A DNA stretch of 64,000 nucleotides, from contig NC_086097.1 in assembly GCF_963921235.1 (NCBI RefSeq), forward strand, positions 21,082,001 through 21,146,000, given 5' to 3'. This document shows positions 1-12,229 of this stretch, in pieces. The first letter of the stretch is position 1. Every line of letters starts with the position of its first letter. The notes under the pieces are model-generated. The model searched no databases and was not told the DNA's origin. It saw only the letters and a program-made list of their open reading frames with translations. The translations under genes were made by a program, and so were the position numbers. Source of the stretch: Mobula hypostoma (taxonomy: Eukaryota).

Positions 1-602
1 TTAATTTTACAACTTTCAATTCTGTGCAGTAGACCCCCCCCCCCCATATCAGATGGTGATGCAGTCAGTCAGAATGCTCTCTATGGTACATCTGTAGAAG
101 TTTTCGAGTGTTTTTAGGTGACAAACCAAATCTCCTCAAAATCCTAATAAAAAATAGCCACTGTCTTGTCTTCTTTATAGCTGTATTGATATGTTGGGAC
201 CAGGTTTGATCCCCAGAGATCTTGACACCCAGGAACTTGAAATTGCTCAATCCCTCCACTTCTGATCCCTCAATGAGGACTGGTGTGTGTTCCCTCATCT
301 TACCCTTTCTGAAGCCCACAATCAGCTCTTTGGTCTGACTGACGTTGAGTGTTAGGTTGCTGCTGCAACACCATTCAGCTACCAATCATATCTCACTCCT
401 GTACACCCTCTCGTCTCCATCTGAGACTCTGCCAACAATGATTATATCTTCAGCAAATTTATAGATGGCATTTGAACTATGCCTAGCCACACAGTCATGG
501 GTATAGAGAAAGCAAAGCTGTAGGCTAAGCACATATCCCTGAGGTGCGCCAGCGTTGATCGTCAGCGAGGGGGAGTTATTATCACCAATCCGCACAGATT
601 GT

Positions 603-1152
603 CACAGCAACACATACAAAATGCTGGAGGAACTCAGCAGGCCAGGCAGCATCTCTGGGAAAAAGCACAGTCGACGTTTCGGGCTGAAACCCTTCAGCAG
701 GACTGGAGAATAAAAGCTGAGGAGTAGATTTGAAAGGTGGGGGGTGGGGGGAGAGAGAGAAACAGCAGGCGATAGGTGAAATGGACGGGGAGGGATGAAG
801 CTGGAAAGTTGTTTGGTGAAAGAGACAGAAAGACAGAAGGCCATGGAAGAAAGAGAAAAGGGGGAGGAGCACCAGAGGGAGGCAATGGGCTGGCAAGGAG
901 ATAACATGAGAGAGACAAGGGGATGGGAAATGGTGAAGGGGGCGGGGTGCGGTCATTACCAGAAGTTTGAGAAATCAATGTTCAGGCCATCAGGTTGGAG
1001 GCTACCAAAATGGAATACAAGGTGTTGTGCCGAAGGGTTTCTCCCCGAAATGTCAACTGTGCTTCTTTCCAGAGATGCTGCCTGGCCTGCTGAGTTCCTC
1101 CAGCATTTTGTGTGCGTTGCTCAGATTTCCAGCATCTGCAGATTTTCTCTTG
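603..1152. mobile_element. Penelope-like element derivative with inverted terminal copies
   Basis: Left end acacatacaaaatgctggaggaactcagcaggccaggcagcatctctgg is the reverse complement of the right end; flanked by direct repeat TCCGCACAGATTGT (589-602 and 1153-1166); same terminal sequence follows the GIY-YIG fragment at 59090-59224. Confidence 0.8.
668..705 (-). ncRNA. Minimal type I hammerhead ribozyme motif (one core substitution)
   Basis: Minus strand reads CAGTC-CTGCTGA-AGGG-TTTCAG-CCC-GAAA-CGTC-GACTG: helix I CAGTC/GACTG, helix II GGG/CCC, GAAA box, GUC triplet; core is CUGCUGA rather than CUGAUGA. Confidence 0.7.
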
Positions 1153-2480
1153 TCCGCACAGATTGTGATCTTCCTGTTAGGAAGTCAAGAATCCAATTGT
1201 AGAGGGAGGCACAGAGGTCCAGGTTCTGTAGCTTATCGATCAGGATTGTAGGAATGATGGCGTTGAATGCTGAGCTATAGGCAATGAACAGCATCCTGGC
1301 ATAGGTGGTTGTATTGTCCGGGTGGTCTAAGGCCGTGTGAAGAGCCATTGAGATTGCACCTGCTGTAGACCTATTGTGGTGATAGGCAAATTGCAATGGG
1401 TCCAGGTCCTTGCTGTGGTAGAAGTTGATTCTGGCCGTGACCGACCTCTCAAACGTCTTCATCACCATAGATGTGAGTGCTAATGGACAATAGTCATTAA
1501 GGCAGCTCACACTACTCTTCTTAGGCTCTGGTATAATTGTTTCCCTTTTGAAGCAGGTGGGAACTTCCGACCTGAGAAGTTGAAAATGTTGGTTGGCAGA
1601 GTTTTTCAGAGCTTTACCAGGTACTCCGTTGGGACCTGCCGTCTTACAAGGGTTCACCCACCTGAAAGACAACCTAACATTGGCCTCCGAGACAGAGATC
1701 ACAGTGTCACTGGGTGCAGCAGGGATCTTCACAGCTGTAGTTATAGTCTCCCTTTTAAAGTAGCCTTAAAAGGTGTTGAGTTCATCTGGTAGTGAAGCAT
1801 CGCTGCCGTTCATGCTATTGGGCTTCACTTTGTGGGAAGTAATGACCTGCAAACCCTGCCAGAGTTGTCATGCATCCGATGTCACCTCCAACCTCACTCA
1901 GAATTGTTTCTTCACTCTAGAGGTTGCCCTCCACAAGTGATACCTGGTGTTCTTGTACAGGCCTGGGTCGTCAGATGTAAATGCTAACAGATCTGGCCCT
2001 CAGCAGAGGACAAACCTCCTGGTTCATCCATGGTTTTTGGTTTGGGATCGTACAATAGGCACACAATCATCCACACAGGTTTTAATGAAGTCGGTAACAA
2101 CTGCAGCATACTCATCCAGGTTTGAAGATGAATCCCTGAATACAGTCCAGTCCAGCAATTCAAAGCAGTCCTGTAGGTGCTCCTGCGCTTCCCGTGTCCA
2201 TACCTTCTTGGTCCTCACTACTGGTGCTGCAGTCTTCAGTCTCTGCCTATACTCAGGGAGTAGAAGTACAGCCAGGTGATCAGACTTCCCGAAGAGTGGA
2301 CGTGGAATAGCACTCTTAATGTTTTAATATATTGCACGCTACTATTGCCACGAAAGAACAAATTTCTTAATAATAAATAATAATAAACCTGATTCTAATT
2401 CAACTTGTGTAATGTAAATTACCAGTTAATATTTCCCTCTTCCTGGTGGTGGTCCAGGGAGATGAATGTTGGCCAGTAGA

Positions 2481-2696
2481 GCAGAATTGCTCCTTTCGAT
2501 GACGTAGAGATCTTCGGCAGAATTGCTCCTTTCGATGACATAGAGATCTTCAGCAGAATTGCTCCTTTCGATGATGTGGAGATCTTCAGCAGAATTGCTC
2601 CTTTCGATGATGTGGAGATCTTCAGCAGAATTGCTCCTTTCGATGATGTAGAGATCTTCAGCAGAATTGCTCCTTTCGATGACATAGAGATCTTCA
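2481..2696. repeat. 36-bp minisatellite, 6 copies
   Basis: gcagaattgctcctttcgatgaYRtRgagatcttcR starting at 2481, 2517, 2553, 2589, 2625, 2661; no spacers. Confidence 0.97.
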
Positions 2697-2710
2697 TTGC
2701 GTGAAATCAT

Positions 2711-2960
2711 GGGTAGTACAGTAGTTTAGCGGTTAGTGCAATGCTCTACAGGTGTAAGATCAGGGTTCAATTCCCTGTACCGCGTGGGTTTCCTCCCGAT
2801 GCTCCAGTTTCCTCCCACATTCCGAAGACGGTGAAGGTTACTGAGGTGTTGGTGGCAGAAGCGCGGCAACACTTTCGGGCTGCCCAGCACAACCCTTGCA
2901 GATTTGATTTGATACATTTCACTGTATGTTTCAACGTACATGTGACAAATAAAGGTTAAC
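2711..2960 (+). mobile_element. tRNA-derived SINE (V-SINE/HE1-like)
   Basis: A-box-like tagtttagcggtt, B-box-like gggttcaattccc, then gcgtgggtttcctcc...ctccagtttcctcccaca core shared with other copies in the window. Confidence 0.7.
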
Positions 2961-3639
2961 TCTTTTACCTTTAACAGCCACTTCGATGAGGTCCTCAGTA
3001 TTCCTCTGGAGTCCCAGCCTAGTTCATTATGTACAAGGTACTTGGTAAGGTTAAATCCTTTGATCTTTCAAATTGTGGATTAATGTGTTAGAGATTAGCG
3101 TGAGTCAGACTGACACACAATAGACTGAGTCATCTAAAAGATCAGAATATAAACAGCGGTTTGATCTGTCTATGGCCCGGAAGAATAATTGGAAACAAAG
3201 CACGTTGCTGGAGGAAATCAATGGGTCAGGGGGCATCTGTGAAGGGAATGAGTTTGTCGTCATCTCAGGTCACGACCCTGCATCAGCAATAAATACAAAA
3301 CTTGAAACACAAGAGATTCCTCAGACCCTGGAAATCTTGAGCAACTCACTCAAAATGCTGGAGGAACTCAGCAGTTTAGGCAGCATCTGGCGAATGAGCT
3401 CCCCCAGATTAAGGCCAGAATTTTCCAACAGAAAGGAAGCACGTTGCCTTCCACAAGGCACAGATTGACATTCTGTAAGACCGTAAGACAGAAGAACCAA
3501 GTTAGGACATTCATCCCATCAAGTCTGCTCTGCTATTCCATCGTGGCTGAATTATTATCCCTCTCAGCCCCATTCTCCTCACTTCTCCCTCTAACCTTTG
3601 ACACCCTTACAAATCAAAAATCTAGTAAAATCCACTTTA

Positions 3640-4299
3640 AGAGGGAGGGAGGGAGGAAAAGATGGCTGTGTGACGCAGCGCGCGCAGACATTCCGAATGA
3701 TATCGTATCTGTGAAGTAGGATGCCGTGCACAATCCTGATTTGATGGAGACAGCGGTGAGAAGCATGGAGGAACATCTGGAGAAACTTCTGAAATGCCCG
3801 CTTCACTGCCACTGCTACTGTGAGATCGAGAATCTCTGGAGGGGAAGGCCCCAAATCCTCGGCCTTGCCTATTGCCTGTTGCCGGGGCCAGGGTTGATGC
3901 ACTCGGCAGAGATGGTGCTCGGTGCTCGGTGTTGGAGAGCTGGTCGGAGGCTCGGAGTTTTCGGATGGACTCGGAGTCAGACTGTAGTCAGATGCTTCTG
4001 GGATGTTGCATTGGTAAGTTTGCGGTGCTGGAGGTTCACCGTCTGCGTGAGATGATGGGACTTCCGAGAGACTTTGAGATTTTACTGTGCCCATGGTCTG
4101 TTCTTATCAAATTACAGTATTGCTTTGCACTGTTGTAACTACATGTTATAATTATGTGGCTTTTGTCAGTTTTTCAGTCTTGGTTTGTCATGTGTTTTTG
4201 TGATATCATTCTGAAAAAACATTGTATCATTTCTTAATACATGCATTACTAAATGACAACAAAAGAGGACTGTGTGTCCTCATAATCTAATCTAATCTA
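3640..4299 (+). mobile_element. Non-autonomous ~660-bp retroelement with (TCTAA)n tail, inserted into a CR1 3' fragment
   Basis: Colinear and highly similar to 23655-24340; starts near aagatggc and ends ataatctaatctaatctaa; the CR1 sequence resumes on both sides. Confidence 0.8.
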
Positions 4300-4689
4300 A
4301 GTACACCTAATGACTTGGCCTGCACAGCCATCTGTGGCAATGAGTTCCACAGATTCAGCATCTTTTGGCTATGGAAATTCCTCCTCAGATCTGTTCTAAA
4401 GGAACATCCTTCTTTTCTGAGGCTGTGCCCTCTGGACCTAGACTGCCTCACTCAAGGAAACATCCTCTCCATGTCCAATTTAGCCCGACAGACCAAAGGA
4501 TGTGCATTTCTGTCACACCTATCACTTCCGCAAACCATCCCAAAGGGTTTCACAGCTCACACTATGTGCATCTTCAGTGTGGTTGCTGGTGTGGGAGAGA
4601 AATGAGGCCAGCAAATGCGTGCTCAGCCAGATCCCACAAACAGAAGTGTGAAGATGATCTGATGTGAAGGTTCTGATGCGAGTTCTGTT

Positions 4690-5983
4690 ATAAAATGACA
4701 CAAATGTTAGTGGTGTTGCAGGTCGTGTAGAAGTTTGTCAGAAGTTACAACAGATACTGACAGGATGCAGAGCTGTGCTAAGAAATGGCAGATTAAGTTC
4801 AATCCAGAAAGGAGTGAAGTGGTACACCTTGGAAGGTCAAACTTGAAGGCAGAGTACAAGGGTAATGGCAGCACTTAGCTGTGTGGAGGATCAGAGGGGT
4901 CTCGGGGTCCACGTCTATAGATCCTCAGAGCTGCTGCACAAGTTGATAGGGTGGTTAAGAAGGCGTATGCTGTGTTGGTTTCCATTAGTTGGGGGAAGAA
5001 AAGTTCAAGAACCACAAGGTTACGTTGCAGCTCCATCAGACTCGGGTTAGACCACTCTTGCAGAATTGTGTTCGGTTCTGATCGCCTCATTACAGGAAAA
5101 AAAAGTGGAAGCTTTAGACAGAGCGCAGAGGAGGTGTACCAGGATGCTGAGTGGATTAGAGGGCATGTCTTATGAGGACAGGTTGAGGAAGCTTTTCTTT
5201 CTGGAATGAAGATGGCTGAGAAACAACTTGATAGTCAAGTTAAGTCAAGTCAAATCAAGTCACTTTTTATTGTAATTTCAACCATAACTGCTGGTATAGT
5301 ACACAGTAAAAACGAGACAACGTTTTTCAAGACCATGGTGCTACATGAAACAATACAAAAACTGCACTGAACTATGTAAAACAACACAAAAACTACACTA
5401 GACTACAGACCTACCCAGGACTGCATAAAGTGCACAAAACAGTGCAGGCATTACAATGAAAAAGAATAAGACAATAGGCACAGTAGAGGGTATAGTAGGT
5501 TTGGTGTCAGTCCGGGCTCTGGGTATTGAGGAGTCTGATGACTCGGGGGAAGAAACTGTTACATAGTCTGATCGGGAGAGCCCGAATACTTCGGTGCCTT
5601 TTGCCAGATGGCAGGTGGGAGAAGAGTGCTGTTTAAGATGATAAGAGGCACAGATAGAGTGGACAGCCACTGTCTTTCTCTCGGAGCAGCAGTGGAAACA
5701 AGAGGGCATATTTTTAGGGAGATTGGAGAAAAGTATAAGAGGGATGTCAAGAGTAAGTTTTTTTCACAAAGAGTAGTGGGAGCACAGAACACGCTGTGAA
5801 GGTGGTGGTAGAGGCATACACATTAGGGGCACATTAAAGAGACTCTTAGATAAGCTCATGGATGAAAGAAAATGAAGGGCTATGTGGGAGGTAAGGCTTA
5901 GATTGATCTTGGAGTAGGTTAAAAGATTGACACAATGTTATAGGCTGATAGGCCTGCACTGTGCCTATTTATTTTCTATGTTC
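4690..5983 (+). mobile_element. CR1 LINE 3' fragment, interrupted by an antisense Rex1-like 3' end (~5233-5625, aagtc-repeat tail)
   Basis: Decayed CR1 RT C-terminus (W..KFNPE, VKKAYAVL, FFSQRVVG) and 3'UTR ending ttctatgttct. Confidence 0.75.
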
Positions 5984-6209
5984 TGTAGAGTAACGTAATG
6001 GGTGACAGATGACCCAAATTGTTCACAACAGAAACTGTTCTACCTAATTCACAAACACCATCATTGAGTTGTTGTGTTCACTTTAAGAGTCGATGTCTGA
6101 TGTAGTGACATCGGTGTAAGCCGACTGCTTTTGGTTCTGTTGATAATGGAAGTAGAGGGTTGGGGTTTTGGTTCGGCCCTGTCCCATGTTTTATTCACAA
6201 AATCCTACA
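5984..6209 (+). repeat. 5' LTR of the Gypsy element
   Basis: tgt...gtaatgggtgacagatga at the start and attcacaaaatcctaca at the end both recur at 10671 and 11422. Confidence 0.85.
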
Positions 6210-6224
6210 TTAGTGACCCTGATG
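6210..6224 (+). promoter_or_regulatory. Degenerate primer-binding site, probably tRNA-Trp
   Basis: ttagtgaccctgatg immediately after the LTR resembles TGGTGACCCCGACG, the complement of the tRNA-Trp 3' end. Confidence 0.6.
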
Positions 6225-6449
6225 CTGTCAGATGATTCCAGGGTTACTCAATGACACACTGGTTTTGAAGCTGCCGGAGGCTTGGGAACAGCATGCTGCT
6301 AAATGGTTTGCACAGGTGGACGCCCATTTCACACTGCGAGAAATCATGGCGGACCATACTAAGTTTTACTGTGTCATAGCATTGCTAAGTAGTTTCACTG
6401 CAGCCAGAGTGGTGAGTCTGCTAGAAGAATGTGATAAATAAGTCACTTT

Positions 6450-7210
6450 AGTGGACTTCAGGTGGCAAGCATGGGCAGGCTACGGGATGGGGCACAAGCC
6501 AATGTTCAAATCCATTTTGCTGATGAAACCTTCCATTGTTTGCAGATTAAAGTGAGGAGGGACATTGAAACATTGAAGTGAACGTGGAAGCCTGGAGATC
6601 ATTTGGGTGCTTCAGCCCACTTCGGTCTCCGTGAGGATTCTGGGAGACAGAGGCAGCTTCACAAACCTCATGGTGGGCACACTGCAGGACGGGTTGCAAG
6701 CCAGTGTTTGACTCTACTTTGTCAGTTAAGCCTTCATTGCCAATTAAAGCGACGAGGGAGATCGAAGCATTGAGGTGAATGTGAACAGTGAGTGCATCTG
6801 CCTGTCTTTTGATCGCTCTGCTTCGGAGAGGGAAAGGCCTGCCAGAGAGTGTTGCCCAGGTTTTCTGCATTTTGGATGTGGACTTGGACTATAGACTCTT
6901 TTCAGTCTTACAGTTTTTTATATTCTGTGTTTTTTGCCAGATATTTTTTTTGTGTGTGGAGAGAAGGATTTGGGGGTCGATGCACCTGTTCCGTTTTGTT
7001 CACTTTCTGTGTGGGGGGGGGAGGAGGGATTTGGGGATTGATGTGCCTGTACTGCTTTCGTTCATTTTTTTGTGGGATAGGGTGATTTGGAGGGTTGATT
7101 ATTGTGCTGCCTTTCTTTTCTTTCTCAGTTTCATGGCTACCCAGAGAAGGAGAATATCAAGCTGTATACTTTAATAATAAATGAACCTCCGAACCTTTGA
7201 AACTTTGAAA
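6450..7210 (+). mobile_element. Non-autonomous retroelement inserted in Gypsy gag
   Basis: Interrupts the gag-like reading; T/G-rich 3' region, aataaa, and (ctttgaa)n-like tail resembling 41300-42069 and 25625-26480. Confidence 0.6.
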
Positions 7211-8601
7211 ACTCACCTATTACAGACTTGGACTGTCTGAGTCTGAGTGTGCAGAACATTTGCTCTCCTTGTCCTACCTGAGTGACGCTAGGCCTTTGGA
7301 ACTGATGGGCAACATGCTGTCTCTCTTGGGAAACCACCATCCTTGTTTTATTCTTAAACAACTCTTTGTGCGGCAAATGCCTGATCAAGTTCACGTAGCC
7401 CTCACTAATGCACCAATAAAGGACTATAGGAAGCTTGCTAAATGGCCGATAGTCTACATTCAGCCAGGCAAAGGTGCATCATTCCTCCTCTTTTCTCTTT
7501 CTCAATAAGCCCTGTCAGCCGAGCCTCTAGTAGACTCATGCCCATGGCTCCAAACCAGACAATGCCATGCACACTTTGGCACGCATGCCAAGAAGAGCCA
7601 ACATTGCCAACACATTGGGATATTGGGGGGTCTGTGAATACCAGGGGGTCCAGCTGTCAGGGTGCTCAACTGTTCATTATGGACACCCTTTCAGGGCGAA
7701 GCTCCCTGTGTGACACGGGTGCCCGAGTGGGTGTGCTGACAGCATCACCCATTGACTATAAGACAAAATGATAAACCTTCGCTGGGGGCCACCAATGGCA
7801 GCAGGATTCGAACTTATGGGACACGAGGTGTGACCCTCTGCTTCAGTGGATGGCGTTACACATAGGACCTTGTCTTGGCTAAAGTTACTAGACTTTTGCT
7901 CAGCACAGATTTCCTGTGCGCCAAAGGATTGTTAGTAGATCTTCAGAAGTGCTGGCTTGTGGATGCAAAGGACTTTGGGTCGTGGGTCCCCATGACGACT
8001 CTGTCTAGAGCATACATCACCACATGTGAATTCACTCACCAGCTGGGTGGATTCCCAAACCTCATCAAGCCCACATTTTCCACTATGCATGGGGGTTGAG
8101 CAGCACATTTCCACGAATTGCTGGCCAGTCCACGTCCAAGCATGTAGACAGCACCCAGAAAAGCTGGCCAGCATGAAGGCTGAGTTTGCTAACATGGAAA
8201 TGCTTGGCACTGTACTCAGGCCAAATAGCCTTAGGCTTCACTCTTCCACACGGTCCCTAAGCCCGATGGCAGTTGCCATTCATGCAGTGATTACTGCTGT
8301 CTTAAAGAGGACACCACCCCCCCCACCCCCCGATCGTTAGTCGTTCCCAAATATTCAAGATTTTTCAGCATGTTCGGCTGGAAAGATTATTTTTTCTAAA
8401 GCGGACTTAGTCAGGGGCTACCATCAAGTGCCTGTGTGCGCTGAGAACATTCCCAAAAACGCTTCTTATAACCCTGTTTTGGCCTATTTGAGTTTCTGCA
8501 CACGCCATTTGGGTTGGAAAAATCAAAACCCAGCTTTCTACTGACTAATGGACTCTGTGTTAAAAAACTTAGATTTTCTTTTTGTTCAGATGGATGACGT
8601 A

Positions 8602-8920
8602 CAGTGGTGCTAGAAAGTTTGTGAACCCTGTAGAATTTTCTCTATTTCTGCATAAATATGACCTAAAATGTGATGTGTGCAAGGGGGTCACACCAGTTAC
8701 TGAAGCAAAGGTTCACATACTTTTTCAAACAAATACATGTAATTTTGGATCATTTTTCTCAATAAATGAATGAACAAGTACAATGCTGTTTGTGCTATTT
8801 ATTTAATTGGGTTCTCTTTATCTAGTTTTCAGACTTGCGTGAAGATCTGATCACATTTTAGGTCATACTTACGCAGAAGTAGAGAAAATTCTACTGGGTT
8901 CACAAACTTTAGTAGCACTG
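8602..8920. mobile_element. Tc1/mariner MITE
   Basis: Terminal inverted repeats cagtggtgctagaaagtttgtgaaccctgtagaattttctcta / tagagaaaattctactgggttcacaaactttagtagcactg, flanked by TA on both sides. Confidence 0.85.
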
Positions 8921-10670
8921 TATGAAATAAGTAGATGATCATGTAGCACAGTTGGAGATTGTCAGGTATGACGTTGTGGGCGTCTGTAGCCATCACTACT
9001 GAAGTCTCAGACAATGCTGTGGGTGCTGTGCACAAACAATTGGTTGGAGGCCTGTGGCATCCGCTTGCCTTCTTCAGCCAGCCTCTCTGCCCCTGAGAGG
9101 AAGTATGGCAAGTTTGATCGCGAGCTTCCTGCTCTCGACTTGGCTGTCCGCTATCTTCATTTTCTACTGGAGAGTTGGTATGTCACAGCATTTGTTAACT
9201 ACAAATCCCTTGTGAATGTGATGGCCAAGGTGCCAGACGCTTGGTCTGGATAGCAACAATGCCACATGGCCTGCATATCAGAATTCCTGACTGGCATATA
9301 GCATATTGAAGGGAAAAGTAATCCTGTGGCTGACTGCCTCTCAAGGCCTGCTGTCGCTGTCATACACATCAGGGCTGACTATACTGTCATGGCAGCTGAC
9401 CAAGCTACCTACCCAGAGGCCCAAGCCCACAGAACATCAATCATGGGCCTGTGGTTGGCTGATATCAAATTTGGAGATGCTACAGTTTCTCTCCTCTGCA
9501 ATGTCTCAACTGGTCGCCCTTGCCCCATAGTGCCTGCAAACTGGAGGTGGACCATTTTTAACTCCATTCATGCCTCTTGCATCCGGCAGGGAAGGCCTCT
9601 GGTTGCTTTAAAGTTTGTGTGGTATGGCCTTAGGAAGGATGTGCGAGAATGGAGTACAGGACTGTGTTGTGTGTCAGCGGGCAAAAATTAACCATCATGT
9701 TTAGGCAGCATCAGCACCTTTTGAGGTCCCTGAGTGACAGTATAAACTGGTTGGTCTTCTCCCACGCATGCCAGCCCCCGCTTCCCGTGGTTTCATGTAT
9801 CATGGTGGACCATACCATCAGGTAGCCAGAGGTTGTCCTTCTCGCACCGATGGCGGCTGCGGACATGGCTTGGACGTTCATCAACACCTGGGCTGCTCGG
9901 TTTGGCACCCCATCTGATATTTCTTCCCACCGGTGTCCCCAGTTCATGTCAGACCTCCAGGCCGTAATGGCGCAGAACCTTGGAGTTAAACTGCATCTGA
10001 CCACAGTGTATCATCTGCAGTCCGATGCCCTGTGTGATTAGTTTCACCCTTCTTTAAAGGCTGCTCTGAGGGCCTCCCTGGCAGACAAGTGTTGGCACAA
10101 TCATCTCCCGTGGGTCCTGCTGGGACTCAGAGTGGCTCCAAAAGAGGATCCAGAGTCCTCCGCAGCTGGGCAATCGCTATGGGTGCCAGGTGATTTTATT
10201 CCTGGCGTCACAACCGGCTGGTCAGCGTTAAACCCTCCTCAGTAAACTCAACTCTTTTACACCTATTCCTTCCTCCCATCATGGGTACAGCATTCTTGGG
10301 TTTCAGTTGACCTACATTCTACCTCGTTTGTTTCTGTCCGCCATGGGGCACATAAACACCCCCTTAAGTCCCCTTAAGATGGCCTGTTGTGTGTTTTGGA
10401 ATGGGACAAGAAGACTTTTATCGCTGATAGGAAGGGTAAATCTGAATGTATTTCTATAGATCACCTTAAACTGGGCCAGCAAAACCTGGAAGGTTCCAGT
10501 ACCATACCCCCTGTATCACAACATGACCACATGCACATCAGCACAACCCTGGATGAACAAGAGGCACCTGCTGTTACCCCAACCAAGGCACGTAGGACCC
10601 AAGCTGGGCGGCTTGTACAAGCTCCAGACGGACTCATAATGCCACTTCCAGTGAATTTTGCGGGGAGGCT

Positions 10671-11422
10671 TGTTTATGTAATGGGTGACAGATGAAACAT
10701 ATTGTTCTCAGTAGAAACTGTTCTACATAATTCACGAACAGCGCCATGCAGACCAAGGGTCTGGCACCTTGGCCATCACATTCACAAGGGATTTGTAGCC
10801 AACAAATGCTGTGACATGCCAACTCTCCAGTAGAAAATGAAAATAGCGGACAGCCAGATAGAGAGCAAAAAGCTCGTGGTCAAACTTGCTGTATTTCCTC
10901 TCAGGGGCAGAGCTGCTGGCTGAAGAGGGCAAGCGGATGCCACAGGCCTCCAACCAATTGTTTGTGCACAGCACCCACAGCATTGTCTGAGACTTCAGTA
11001 GTGATGGCTACAGACGCCTACAACATCATACCTGACAATCTCCAACTGTGCTACATGATCATCTACTTATTTCATACAGTGGTGCAAGCAAGTTTGTGAA
11101 CCCTGTAGAATCTTCTCTACTTCTGTGTAAATATGACCTAAAATGTGATCAGATCTTCACGCAAGTCTGAAAACTAGATAAAGAGAACCCAATTCAATAA
11201 ATAGCACAAAGAACATTATACCTGTTCATTCATTTATCGAGAAAAATGATCCAAAATTATATGTATTTGTTTGAAAAAGTATTGTGTTCACTTTCAGAGA
11301 CAGTGTCTGACTTAATGACATCAGTGTGAGGTGACTACTTCGTTCGTAATGGAAGTAAAGGCCTGTGGCTTTTGTTAAGCAAATAAAACGACTCTCACAT
11401 GTTTCATTCACAAAATCCTACA
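10671..11422 (+). repeat. 3' LTR of the Gypsy element, interrupted by an inverted internal fragment
   Basis: 10671-10744 and 11283-11422 align to the two halves of 5984-6209. Confidence 0.8.
10745..11282 (-). repeat. Inverted duplicate of ~8717-9253
   Basis: Reverse-complement match; ORF translations 9014..9253(+) and 10732..10983(-) are nearly identical. Confidence 0.92.
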
Positions 11423-11546
11423 GTTTTACATCCTATAAAAGTAGATCAGGTCAGCAGGAAGAACTCTCTGGCTCTCCTGTGAAGTTGTGTGTTGGGTCTT
11501 TAGTCCATGCACCTGAACGGGCAGAAGGAAGCCGCGCAGCCCAAAT

Positions 11547-11584
11547 TCAACTTCGCTTCTCCAGCCGAGGCTGCACATGGACCC
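11547..11584 (-). CDS. Candidate terminal coding exon, unknown product
   Basis: Acceptor ttttacctctgttccag; reads (G)VHVQPRLEKRS*, in phase with candidate exon 11895-12133. Confidence 0.3.
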
Positions 11585-11894
11585 CTGGAACAGAGGTAAA
11601 ATTGTCACCCCAGTGAGCCACAACTGAAACCAAACCCAAGATCCAGGCCTACTTCAGAATAAAAAAATAATTACTGAAAATTGAACACATTAGATTTATG
11701 AACGCAGCTTAATTTACAACATTATTTTTCCATTATAAATAGCTAACTAATGGCTTGTTTCAACATTGCTGAGTGCAAAGCTTTCATAACATAAATCTTG
11801 TCGGAACAATTACCAAGGATGACCACATATGAAGTATGTGCTGCTGAAAATGCGCTGTAACAAACAGCTTCTCCTTGAAATGATGCAGTCTCAC

Positions 11895-12133
11895 CCTCAG
11901 GACACCCATTAAGGGTGCAGGAAGCAGCGGTTAGCTGAGTGCCTGGGCTCCCGGGGGCGTTGGCGCCTGGGAGGGGAGGAGGCTCCTCATCTGGGGCTGT
12001 CACATCAGCACCGTCACGGGTGCCCACTCTGATGGCGTCCGAAAATAACTGAGACCCGGGAGATAAGAAAGGTTCGGGGAAGTGGGGAAGAGGAGAGGCT
12101 TTGGGTTCGAAGGCAAAGGTTGAGTCAGGAACA
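11895..12133 (-). CDS. Candidate internal exon, Pro-rich, unknown product
   Basis: GC-rich non-repeat stretch; acceptor ccccatgttag, donor G|gtgaga; 79 open codons VPDSTFAFEPKASPLPHFPEP...NGCPE. Confidence 0.35.
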
Positions 12134-12229
12134 CTAACATGGGGACAGATGCAATGTAGTTATAGAGTTTTGGAAACTGAAAGTTGCTAATTTGGGCGGC
12201 ACAGTTAGCATGACGCAGTAACGCAGTAG

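Larger units (their letters stand above)
50..2312 (-). mobile_element. Decayed Rex1/Babar-like non-LTR retrotransposon (RT and C-terminal region), split by a PLE-derived insertion
   Basis: Minus-strand ORF pieces in RT order: LNDYCPLALTS..MKTFER, DPLQFAY, MLFIAYSSAFNAIIP, GAPQG.VLS, YKFAED (cf. KFADD), FKFLGV, WSQHINTAIKK..QWLFFIR; contains frameshifts and stops. Confidence 0.85.
5984..11422 (+). mobile_element. Decayed Ty3/Gypsy LTR retrotransposon
   Basis: Two related LTRs (TGT...CCTACA). gag-like LKLPEAW..WFAQV; protease LCDTGA; RT FSKADLVRGYHQVP and QMDD; RNase H SDNAVGAV and RELPAL; integrase ADCLSR and WAARFGTPSDISS..PQF; purine tract before 10671. Many stops and frameshifts. Confidence 0.9.

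Noticed and set aside
2481..2696. 36-bp repeats as a CRISPR array
   Set aside because: Units are contiguous with no spacers, there are no cas genes, and the context is eukaryotic.
3591..4138. ORFs shared with 23716-24182 as a duplicated gene
   Set aside because: Both lie in copies of one interspersed repeat and their frames are not conserved between copies.
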